From UHGV virus genome UHGV-0159509: DNA of 10,539 bases. One strand, 5' to 3'. Positions 1 to 5,689 of this stretch are shown here, piece after piece. Each line of letters starts with the position of its first letter. Position 1 is the first letter of the stretch. The notes below the pieces were generated by a model. It did not search any database. It was not told where the DNA came from and was given only the letters and a program-made list of their open reading frames with translations. The position numbers were made by a program, and so were the translations under genes. The stretch comes from a virus.

Positions 1-8
1 ACTCATGA

Positions 9-950
9 TCACCCCCTGAATCCTGCCGGGATCTGGCTGTAGTCCACGTTGTCGTAACTGGCTTTGAAGTACGGGTCTTCGCGTTTTTCGGTGTACGTGC
101 TGACGGACGGCGATAAGCGCAGGGAAAGCTCATCCCATTTTTCCCGCAGCTTCGACGGGCTGAGCACGTTACGGCACCAGAACGGATCGCGGCTGACGCG
201 GCTGTACATCTCGCAGATTTGTTTGTGAGTACGACCATCCTGCACACACATCAGGCGAATTTCGTTTGCCCAGGCTGTCCAGTTCGGTTCTTTGGGACGA
301 ACCACCTCGCCGTCACATTCGGCGGCCTGCTCGTACAGGGCGATGATTTTTTTCCAGAGCCACTGTGCGCAGGTCAAATCATCCTGCGTTCCCCACTGGC
401 GCTTTTTAGGGCTGAATACAACCGCATCAGGATGGCGAGTTAAAAAATCCTGTTCAGCCGTCTGCGTGTCCGGTTGCGAAGCGTCCGGACGAGAAGGTTT
501 TTTATCTGACGGATCATGTTTTGATTTTACTGACGGATCCCCGCCAGATTCTGACGGGTGAAAACCCGCTTTTTTGCCAGATTTCGACGCATCAAATTTT
601 GACGGGTCAGATTTTGATGCGTCAGATTTTGACGGGTCAGAATCTGACAGTTGAGAAAATGCCGCTGCCTGAAGCTTCGCAACGTTAAGCTGATAAACAT
701 TCGACGCATTGCGGTTACCCTGGCGACGCGCCTTACGCGTTAACCAGCCTTCTGCTTCCAGCCGTGCGATAGCCGTTCTGACGGTACTCATCCCCGCGCC
801 AATCTGGCGGGCAATGGTTTCAATTGATGGCCAGCACACACCTTCGTCATTACTGAAATCAGCCAGGCGGGCCATAATTGCCACGCTGGATAATTTCATG
901 CCTGATGCAGCGCAACCATCCCATACATAGCCGGTTAATTTAGTGCTCAT
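9..950 (-). CDS. Phage replication initiation protein (lambda O-like; N-terminal winged-HTH, repetitive acidic/Ser-rich linker, C-terminal domain)
   Basis: 313-aa ORF with ATG at 950 preceded on the minus strand by AGAGG. N-terminus (SVAIMARLADFSNDEGVCWPSIETIARQIGAGMSTVRTAIARLEAEGWL) looks like a winged-helix DNA-binding domain. A low-complexity linker (SDSDPSKSDASKSDPSKFDASKS) is encoded by iteron-like DNA repeats, as in lambda O where ori lies inside the gene. Position after cro/cII-like genes fits. The stop (TGA, 9-11) is followed 2 nt later by an ATG at 6-4 on the minus strand, so the next gene (P-like position) starts at 6 and runs off the window. Confidence 0.8.
   Translation of the reverse strand: MSTKLTGYVWDGCAASGMKLSSVAIMARLADFSNDEGVCWPSIETIARQIGAGMSTVRTAIARLEAEGWLTRKARRQGNRNASNVYQLNVAKLQAAAFSQLSDSDPSKSDASKSDPSKFDASKSGKKAGFHPSESGGDPSVKSKHDPSDKKPSRPDASQPDTQTAEQDFLTRHPDAVVFSPKKRQWGTQDDLTCAQWLWKKIIALYEQAAECDGEVVRPKEPNWTAWANEIRLMCVQDGRTHKQICEMYSRVSRDPFWCRNVLSPSKLREKWDELSLRLSPSVSTYTEKREDPYFKASYDNVDYSQIPAGFRG
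504..650. repeat. Iteron-like repeat array inside the replication gene (putative phage origin)
   Basis: Three tandem 15-bp units at 596-610, 611-625 and 626-640 (ATTTTGACGGGTCAG / ATTTTGATGCGTCAG / ATTTTGACGGGTCAG). Degenerate copies start near 504, 527, 548 and 580 (cTGACGGatc, cTGACGGatc, cTGACGGGTg, cGACGCATCa). Each unit has internal dyad symmetry (CTGAC...GTCAG), and the unit at 584-593 is the inverse of the one at 616-625. Confidence 0.55.
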
Positions 951-959
951 GACCGACCT

Positions 960-1298
960 CTATTTCCCTGAATTTACGACGAAACTGTTCGAGCGGGCTG
1001 AAGCACTCATGCTCATAGCCTTCGCGGAGGTAGATAACTCGTTGTGTTTCCGGCTCCCAACGAATGACTCTGACGGGCACTCCGTAGTGATCTTTGAACC
1101 AGCGGTTAACTTGTCGCAAAGGACTGTCTCCTTCTGCCGGTTGAAATCACCCACAGCCCACTCTGCAAAGCTGTGGGTTACAATTTCCCTGTCACCTGGT
1201 ACATTCACTGCATAGCAATACTCCACCTTCGCTTTTCCACCCGGTACAGGAAGCGCAATCAGTTGCGAGCGACGGTAGTGTGTTGTTAAACTGTTCAT
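960..1298 (-). CDS. Hypothetical protein (112 aa), translationally coupled to the upstream CII-family gene
   Basis: ATG at 1298-1296 overlaps the stop of the upstream gene (ATGA overlap). Stop TAG at 962-960 sits just before the SD of the replication gene. The C-terminal third is Ser/Ala-rich and low complexity, and a 90-aa ORF lies antisense (943..1215), so the coding assignment is uncertain. Confidence 0.5.
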   Translation of the reverse strand: MNSLTTHYRRSQLIALPVPGGKAKVEYCYAVNVPGDREIVTHSFAEWAVGDFNRQKETVLCDKLTAGSKITTECPSESFVGSRKHNELSTSAKAMSMSASARSNSFVVNSGK

Positions 1299-1846
1299 GC
1301 GTTAGTTTCTCCACAGTCACGACACGCCACGGCGCCCGGAGCTGCACACTCGCGGGCGTCATTACTTTCTGAAATGCAAAAAATTTTGTAGACCAGTGCT
1401 GCATGCTCCTGCAGCTTCGAAATTGAGAGGTACAGCTCGTCGTTAATTGCTGTCTTCTCATGCGGTTCCACTACACCGTCTTCAATTGCTGAACGAATCT
1501 GTTTTGAATAACTGCCGATCTGTTCAATGACCTCCAGCAGGCGTTGGTTGATATCGGCGTTGTCCACATCCTCGACATCAGGAAGAGACACAAAGACGCC
1601 ATTTGCAGACTGCGCCACAGCGTCAGCAATGAAGTGAGTTCCACCAGCACGTTGCAAAATCATTGCCCATCCCAGCGGGAAAATCTGATCGCCATCGGCA
1701 CGAAGGCGGTTAAATAATGCGTTCTCTGTTACATCCAGCCAGTCAGCTGCTTCAGCGTAACCACCCGGCAACGCTGCGATAGTTTTTCTGACAGCTTTCA
1801 CGTACCACTCAGGCTGTTTTTCTACTTTCCAGTGATGCTTACCCAC
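1295..1846 (-). CDS. Phage regulatory protein, CII (CP76-type)/YdaT-like family
   Basis: 183-aa ORF with GTG start at 1846-1844 preceded by a strong SD (AGGAGG, 6-7 nt spacer) on the minus strand. It sits immediately downstream of the cro-like gene, the classic cII position. Family assignment is from memory of similar prophage proteins, not a search. Confidence 0.65.
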   Translation of the reverse strand: MGKHHWKVEKQPEWYVKAVRKTIAALPGGYAEAADWLDVTENALFNRLRADGDQIFPLGWAMILQRAGGTHFIADAVAQSANGVFVSLPDVEDVDNADINQRLLEVIEQIGSYSKQIRSAIEDGVVEPHEKTAINDELYLSISKLQEHAALVYKIFCISESNDARECAAPGAVACRDCGETNA

Positions 1847-2099
1847 GGTTCACCTCCTGTTCCTGTGGTTTAAACCCATTCTGGTTTTGGCTAGATTGAA
1901 AACGTGCCGGATAAAGAATCTGCATTTCGCTGACTTCACCCTTAAAAAAATTGGCTAAACGTTCTGCAAGCTCGATAGATGGAATCTGCTCCAGCCTCTC
2001 AATACGACTCAACGTCGCTGGATTGACTTGAACACCCGCAGCAACATGCTGCAAAGTGAAACCATGCGCCTTACGCACATTTCGTAATGGTGATTGCAT
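1839..2099 (-). CDS. Cro-like HTH (XRE-family) transcriptional regulator
   Basis: 86-aa ORF with ATG at 2099-2097 and SD GGAGG 5 nt upstream on the minus strand. HTH segment FTLQHVAAGVQVNPATLSRIERLEQIPSIELAERLANF. Divergent from the CI-like repressor across an operator-rich intergenic region. Confidence 0.8.
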   Translation of the reverse strand: MQSPLRNVRKAHGFTLQHVAAGVQVNPATLSRIERLEQIPSIELAERLANFFKGEVSEMQILYPARFQSSQNQNGFKPQEQEVNRG

Positions 2100-2196
2100 A
2101 CGCCCTCCAAATATTGCGCGTTATGCATGTTATTTCACGCAATTATTTTGCGCAAGTTGATTTGCTTATCACGCAATAAAGAAATGTAATAAACGC
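2100..2196. promoter_or_regulatory. Divergent operator/promoter region (OR with PR/PRM equivalents)
   Basis: 97-bp AT-rich intergenic region between divergent cro-like and cI-like genes. Repeated CGCAA/TTGCG half-sites: ATTGCG 2112-2117, CACGCAA 2136-2142, TTGCGCAA 2148-2155, CACGCAAT 2170-2177. Candidate PR on the minus strand: -35 TTGCGC (rc of 2150-2155), -10 TAACAT (rc of 2127-2132). Candidate PRM on the plus strand: -10 TAATAA at 2187-2192, ending 4 nt before the cI ATG. Confidence 0.6.
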
Positions 2197-2889
2197 ATGA
2201 ACATAGGAAACCGAGTCAGACAACTTCGCCAAGCGAAGAACATGAAAATCGCCGATCTCGCTGAAGCGATAGGAGTAGATGCGGCGAACATCTCGCGCTT
2301 AGAAACGGGTAAGCAAAAACAATTTACCGAACAAACACTGAGTAATATTGCCAAGAGCTTAGGTGTTGATATTGCTGATCTCTTTACCTCTGCCCACAAA
2401 AGTAATACTGTATATAAAAACAGTAATAATGAGGATGTTGCGCAGGTGAAGGATGTGTTCCGTATTGAAATGCTGGATATCAGTGCCAGTGCGGGAAATG
2501 GCCTTATCCAGGGCGGTGATGTCATTGATGTGATTCATGCCATCGAATACAGAACTGATAATGCTGTATCAATGTTCGGCGGACGACCAGCCAATCACAT
2601 CAAAGTTATCAACGTTCGTGGGGACAGTATGTGTCCAACCATTGAGCCAGGAGATCTCATCTTCGTTGATGTCAGCATCAATCAGTTTGATGGTGATGGT
2701 ATATATGTCTTTGGTTTTGATGACAAAATATACGTTAAAAGACTTCAAATGATTCCTGACAAACTGCTGGTGATTTCTGATAACCAGATTTACCGTGAAT
2801 GGGGAATTACTAGCGAAAACGAACACCGATTCATGGTCTTTGGAAAGGTCTTAATCAGTCAGTCGCAAACCCTTAAGAGACATAATTAA
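2197..2889 (+). CDS. CI-like prophage repressor (N-terminal HTH, C-terminal S24/LexA-like autopeptidase domain)
   Basis: 230-aa ORF. N-terminal HTH (MKIADLAEAIGVDAANISRLETGK). C-terminal S24 peptidase signature GDSMCPT (Ser nucleophile) with downstream Lys (VKRL). Candidate Ala-Gly autocleavage site in DISASAGNG. No SD upstream of the ATG. Confidence 0.9.
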   Translation: MNIGNRVRQLRQAKNMKIADLAEAIGVDAANISRLETGKQKQFTEQTLSNIAKSLGVDIADLFTSAHKSNTVYKNSNNEDVAQVKDVFRIEMLDISASAGNGLIQGGDVIDVIHAIEYRTDNAVSMFGGRPANHIKVINVRGDSMCPTIEPGDLIFVDVSINQFDGDGIYVFGFDDKIYVKRLQMIPDKLLVISDNQIYREWGITSENEHRFMVFGKVLISQSQTLKRHN

Positions 2890-2909
2890 CCTCAATATCC
2901 CATCCATCG

Positions 2910-2933
2910 GCCACCGAAAGGTGGCTTTTTATT
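2910..2933 (+). terminator. Rho-independent terminator downstream of the repressor gene
   Basis: Perfect 6-bp GC-rich stem GCCACC/GGTGGC (2910-2915 with 2920-2925) closed by a GAAA tetraloop, followed by TTTTT (2926-2930). Confidence 0.8.
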
Positions 2934-2939
2934 ACCCAC

Positions 2940-2995
2940 CATTTTGCATATTTCGCAAATATTACTTGCATATCTCGCAATTTAATTTTATCTTT
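2940..2995 (+). promoter_or_regulatory. Putative OL/PL-like operator-promoter (second cluster of CGCAA motifs)
   Basis: ATTTCGCAAATAT (2950-2962) and ATCTCGCAATTTA (2972-2984) resemble the CGCAA half-sites of the cI/cro intergenic region. TTGCAT -35-like hexamers at 2944-2949 and 2966-2971, with AT-rich -10 candidates around 2983-2994. Confidence 0.4.
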
Positions 2996-3143
2996 TGTTC
3001 CAGACCAACTACAGGATTACAACAAAATCTGGTTGCAACACGGTGCATGTGTCGTAAGCAGTCAGTAAATGTCAAAAACGAACAGGCAGGACGCCCACGA
3101 AGTAGCCGCCTGGGGCATATGAAGTCCAGGATGATTCGTTAGC

Positions 3144-3170
3144 AACAAAAAAGCGCCCTACAGGACGCTT
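3144..3170 (-). terminator. Candidate intrinsic terminator for the minus-strand 144-aa gene
   Basis: Hairpin AGCGCC-CTACA-GGaCGCT (3152-3169, one bulge). On the minus strand it is followed directly by TTTTTTGTTG (complement of 3141-3150). Confidence 0.45.
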
Positions 3171-3184
3171 AGCTCTTTAACAAT
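3152..3184 (+). promoter_or_regulatory. Antiterminator-like site: hairpin followed by rrn-type boxA (GCTCTTTAACAAT)
   Basis: 3172-3184 GCTCTTTAACAAT matches the E. coli rrn boxA core as I recall it (TGCTCTTTAACAA). It is preceded by the 3152-3169 hairpin in the boxB-then-boxA order seen in rrn leaders, and lies between the putative PL and the first plus-strand ORF. Confidence 0.45.
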
Positions 3185-3228
3185 CTGGTCCCCATCAACA
3201 AGTAACTGATAACTTGAGGAGATGTGAA

Positions 3229-3435
3229 ATGCACAAAACAGAACCCAAAATCGTCGCGCCTGGCTACACAGATGAGGAAATTTATGAGTGGATGACAAAG
3301 AAGCTGGCAGCTATAAACCAGCTTCGTGAAGTGCTGTCTTATCGACAGGAAACAATAGACTCCTTAAAAAAACTGGATCAGGAAATCACGGTTTTATCAC
3401 AGGATGTTACTTTAGATATTGTGCAGACAAATTAG
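3229..3435 (+). CDS. Hypothetical small protein (68 aa, predicted helical/coiled-coil)
   Basis: ATG at 3229 with SD GAGGA (3216-3220, 8-nt spacer). AT-rich codon usage. The 3' end overlaps the convergent 144-aa gene by 29 nt. No recognisable family. Confidence 0.5.
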   Translation: MHKTEPKIVAPGYTDEEIYEWMTKKLAAINQLREVLSYRQETIDSLKKLDQEITVLSQDVTLDIVQTN

Positions 3436-3841
3436 GATCCCATTCATTTTCGTCAAAATCATCAAAGTGATGAATTTGTGATCTCCAGTCTCGATAATCT
3501 AAAAATTTCTGGGCGGTTACGCTTATTTTATCAAGTGTGAGTTCATCCTGAATTGAAAGAAGAAGTTCATCAAATTTCATCTCATTAATCTGTTTTGGCA
3601 TCCAGTGATGCTTCATCAGAATAAGGTGAACCAGAGCCTTTTTCCCATTCAACTGATTATAGGGAGTGCCGAATTTCTTCCGGTGCTCATGTAAGACAAG
3701 GTCCAAAAGAGTAAGTAATGTTGCCCTTGATTCAACTTTGCTTATTTCGACTGATGACACTACCCCACTGATTTCAATGCCCCGATACTTTCCAACATTT
3801 TCACAGTGGGATTTGTACAGCGTATAGATATTACCGGACAT
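3407..3841 (-). CDS. Hypothetical protein (144 aa), AT-rich accessory gene in the immunity region
   Basis: ATG at 3841-3839 with SD AAGGAAAAG upstream on the minus strand. A long ORF in AT-rich DNA, where stop codons are frequent. No transmembrane stretch and no recognisable domain. Opposite in orientation to the flanking early-left genes. Confidence 0.65.
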   Translation of the reverse strand: MSGNIYTLYKSHCENVGKYRGIEISGVVSSVEISKVESRATLLTLLDLVLHEHRKKFGTPYNQLNGKKALVHLILMKHHWMPKQINEMKFDELLLSIQDELTLDKISVTAQKFLDYRDWRSQIHHFDDFDENEWDPNLSAQYLK

Positions 3842-3856
3842 TTCTTTTCCTTTTGC

Positions 3857-3908
3857 GTTGTTGGGGATAACCAGATTAACCGAATCCTTGTTGTTGGGGA
3901 ATAACCAG
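3857..3908. repeat. Two direct repeats GTTGTTGGGGA(A)TAACCAG upstream of the 144-aa gene
   Basis: R1 at 3857-3874 (18 nt) and R2 at 3890-3908 (19 nt, one extra A), 33-bp period, 16 nt from the start codon of the minus-strand gene. Confidence 0.6.
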
Positions 3909-4127
3909 GTCCACCTCGCCTGATGTGGCTAAAAGCAGGCACATAACAGCTAAGTATTTTCAACCAGAGAGAATCCTTAGCGTTGTGGTGAATGCGGCTC
4001 AGCGCACGCGGGTTAAGGTTGAGGCTGACAGTCGACCTTCTGTGGATACCCACCCGCCTGGTGTGCAACCTTCGCCAGGCACCGGGAGGCACCCGGCACC
4101 ACAACTTTATGCTGTGTGTAGTCCTGG

Positions 4128-4172
4128 CGGTACCAGTTTGTACCCTTGCTTCCGGCTGGTACCGTCCTTTTT
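4128..4172 (+). terminator. Terminator-like hairpin inside the structured island
   Basis: 9-bp perfect stem CGGTACCAG/CTGGTACCG (4128-4136 with 4156-4164), 19-nt loop, followed by TCC then TTTTT (4168-4172). Confidence 0.45.
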
Positions 4173-4261
4173 ACAAAACAGAGAAGAGCATCACCGGACG
4201 ACGGGCTCATAACCCAATCCATCCGGGCGGCTGCCACCGCAGGTGTTCTTCTCTGTTTTGT
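4173..4261. repeat. Long inverted repeat (18-bp stem, 53-nt spacer) just upstream of the first early-left gene
   Basis: 4173-4190 ACAAAACAGAGAAGAGCA pairs with 4244-4261 TGTTCTTCTCTGTTTTGT: 17 Watson-Crick pairs plus one G-U in RNA. The GC-rich interior (4191-4243) has further CCGG/CCGGG pairing potential. Confidence 0.6.
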
Positions 4262-4309
4262 GGAGAAACCAACCGACCTTGCAGGGTCGATATGATGAGG
4301 AGCAGCAAA

Positions 4310-4672
4310 ATGGCTAGCGAACGCAGTACTGATGTGCAGGCATTTATCGGGGAGCTGGACGGCGGCGTATTTGAAACCAAAATCGGCGCAGTTCTCAGTG
4401 AAGTCGCTTCCGGTGTGATGAACACGAAAACCAAAGGTAAGGTCTCACTCAACCTGGAAATCGAACCATTTGATGAGAACCGTGTGAAAATCAAACACAA
4501 ACTCTCATATGTTCGCCCGACTAACCGCGGGAAAATTTCCGAAGAAGACACCACCGAAACGCCGATGTATGTCAATCGCGGTGGTCGCCTGACTATTCTG
4601 CAGGAAGACCAGGGACAATTACTGACTCTTGCCGGTGAACCTGACGGAAAACTCCGCGCAGCAGGTCATTAA
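4310..4672 (+). CDS. Hypothetical prophage early protein (120 aa; YfdP-like by size and position)
   Basis: ATG at 4310 with SD GAGGAG (8-nt spacer). The upstream in-frame extension to 3992 is GC-rich nonsense. Size and position upstream of the YfdQ-like gene match my memory of CPS-53 yfdP; unverified. Confidence 0.75.
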   Translation: MASERSTDVQAFIGELDGGVFETKIGAVLSEVASGVMNTKTKGKVSLNLEIEPFDENRVKIKHKLSYVRPTNRGKISEEDTTETPMYVNRGGRLTILQEDQGQLLTLAGEPDGKLRAAGH

Positions 4673-4737
4673 TATCGTTCTTAATTAACTGATTATTTAT
4701 CTCATCACTGAATATCTTTATATAGTGAGGACTTATT

Positions 4738-5562
4738 ATGTCTCAGAACTTAGACGCAACCGCAATTAATCAAATCCATGCCCTTATTTCTGCTCAGGGT
4801 GTTAATGAAATTATCAGTAAGATTGGTGCCGATGCTGTGGCATTGCCTGAGAATTTCCGCATTCATGATCTGGAAAAATTTAATTTAAATCGCTTCCGTT
4901 TCCGTGGTGCGCTTTCCACTGCCAGCATCGATGACTTTACCCGTTATTCTAAAGATCTTGCAGATGAAGGCACCCGCTGCTTTATCGATGCTGATAATAT
5001 GCGTGCCGTCAGTGTGCTTAACCTGGGTACTATTGATGAACCAGGTCACGCAGATAACACCGCCACTCTCAAACTGAAAAAGACAGCACCGTTCTCTGCT
5101 CTGTTGTCTGTTAACGGCGAGCGTAACTCCCAGAAGTCACTGGCAGAATGGATTGAAGACTGGGCCGACTACCTTGTGGGCTTTGATGCTAATGGTGACG
5201 CCATTCAGGCAACAAAAGCGGCTGCGGCAGTCCGTAAAATCACGATTGAAGCAAACCAGACCGCTGATTTTGAAGATAATGACTTCAGCGGCAAACGCTC
5301 CCTGATGGAGTCTGTCGAAGCGAAGACCAAAGACATTATGCCAGTGGCATTTGAATTTAAATGCGTTCCGTTTGAAGGTCTGAAAGAACGTCCGTTTAAA
5401 TTACGCCTCAGCATTATCACTGGCGATCGTCCTGTACTGGTTCTGCGCATTATTCAGCTGGAAGCGGTGCAGGAAGAAATGGCTAACGAATTTCGTGATC
5501 TGCTTGTTGAGAAATTCAAAGACAGCAAAGTAGAAACCTTTATTGGTACTTTCACCGCCTGA
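4738..5562 (+). CDS. yfdQ: YfdQ-like (DUF2303 family) prophage protein
   Basis: 274-aa ORF with ATG at 4738 and SD GTGAGGA. Length and position immediately before an HD-domain YfdR-like gene match the CPS-53 yfdQ-yfdR arrangement as I recall it. Family assignment from memory, not a search. Confidence 0.7.
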   Translation: MSQNLDATAINQIHALISAQGVNEIISKIGADAVALPENFRIHDLEKFNLNRFRFRGALSTASIDDFTRYSKDLADEGTRCFIDADNMRAVSVLNLGTIDEPGHADNTATLKLKKTAPFSALLSVNGERNSQKSLAEWIEDWADYLVGFDANGDAIQATKAAAAVRKITIEANQTADFEDNDFSGKRSLMESVEAKTKDIMPVAFEFKCVPFEGLKERPFKLRLSIITGDRPVLVLRIIQLEAVQEEMANEFRDLLVEKFKDSKVETFIGTFTA

Positions 5563-5574
5563 TTTCATTACTGC

Positions 5575-5600
5575 AAATGCCCCTGCGGGGGCATTTATGG
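5575..5600 (+). terminator. Intergenic hairpin (possible attenuator/weak terminator) between yfdQ-like and yfdR-like genes
   Basis: Perfect 9-bp stem AAATGCCCC/GGGGCATTT with TGCG loop (5575-5596), followed by AUGG rather than a U-run, so a weak terminator at best. Confidence 0.35.
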
Positions 5601-5689
5601 AAACGTAATTAACTCAATAATCACCGGATGGTGAGGGCTTCCTTTTACCAGAATTCAGCGCGGTGCAGCGCATATACGTGGAGAACAAA

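Larger units (their letters stand above)
3910..4309. other. GC-rich, highly structured non-coding island (candidate structured RNA / regulatory leader)
   Basis: About 400 bp with no credible ORF: four mutually overlapping ORFs on both strands translate to Arg/Pro/Cys/His-rich strings. Clearly GC-richer than both flanks. Dense in hairpins, e.g. 4056-4080 GCCTGG...CCAGGC and 4082-4096 CCGGG-AGGCA-CCCGG. Confidence 0.4.

Noticed and set aside
219-930. Plus-strand ORFs 219..443, 292..561 and 709..930 and minus-strand ORF 527..709
   Set aside because: All lie antisense to, or in alternative frames of, the well-supported replication gene (9..950). 527..709 is a repetitive translation of the iteron array. 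None has a start context and all have low-complexity products.
943-1215. Plus-strand 90-aa ORF antisense to the 112-aa gene
   Set aside because: It has no SD and would be transcribed against the leftward operon. The minus-strand ORF fits operon coupling better. Kept as an uncertainty in the findings.
1192-1461. Minus-strand 89-aa ORF overlapping the CII-family gene in another frame
   Set aside because: Fully nested in an alternative frame of a better-supported gene; Cys/Ser/Thr-rich nonsense-like product.
2169-2826. ORFs 2169..2525 (-), 2537..2752 (+) and 2569..2826 (-) inside the repressor gene
   Set aside because: Antisense or alternative-frame ORFs within the CI-like repressor, which has unambiguous HTH and S24 peptidase motifs.
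2921-3142. Plus-strand 73-aa ORF, whose basic C-terminal 31 residues I briefly considered as an N-like arginine-rich peptide
   Set aside because: It spans the terminator and putative operator/promoter DNA, has no SD, and has an aromatic-rich nonsense-like N-terminus. It is too short and lacks the features of an N antiterminator.
4279-4296. Possible promoter (TTGCAG ... TATGAT) directly upstream of the 4310 gene
   Set aside because: The hexamers are only 6 bp apart and TATGAT lies 14 nt before the ATG, overlapping the SD region, so it is more likely coincidental.
3857-4309. Retron (msr/msd) or type III toxin-antitoxin RNA-repeat interpretation of the repeats and structured island
   Set aside because: No reverse transcriptase ORF is nearby, and the direct repeats are only two non-tandem copies, unlike the tandem multi-copy 30-40-nt repeats of ToxI-type antitoxin RNAs. 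Left as an unspecified structured-RNA candidate.
3760-4575. ORFs 3760..4104 (-), 3925..4212 (+), 4013..4237 (-), 4207..4575 (-) and the 3992-4309 upstream extension of the 4310 gene
   Set aside because: Mutually overlapping ORFs in a GC-rich structured segment with Arg/Pro/Cys/His-rich translations and no start signals. Treated as non-coding; the real gene starts at 4310 with a good SD.
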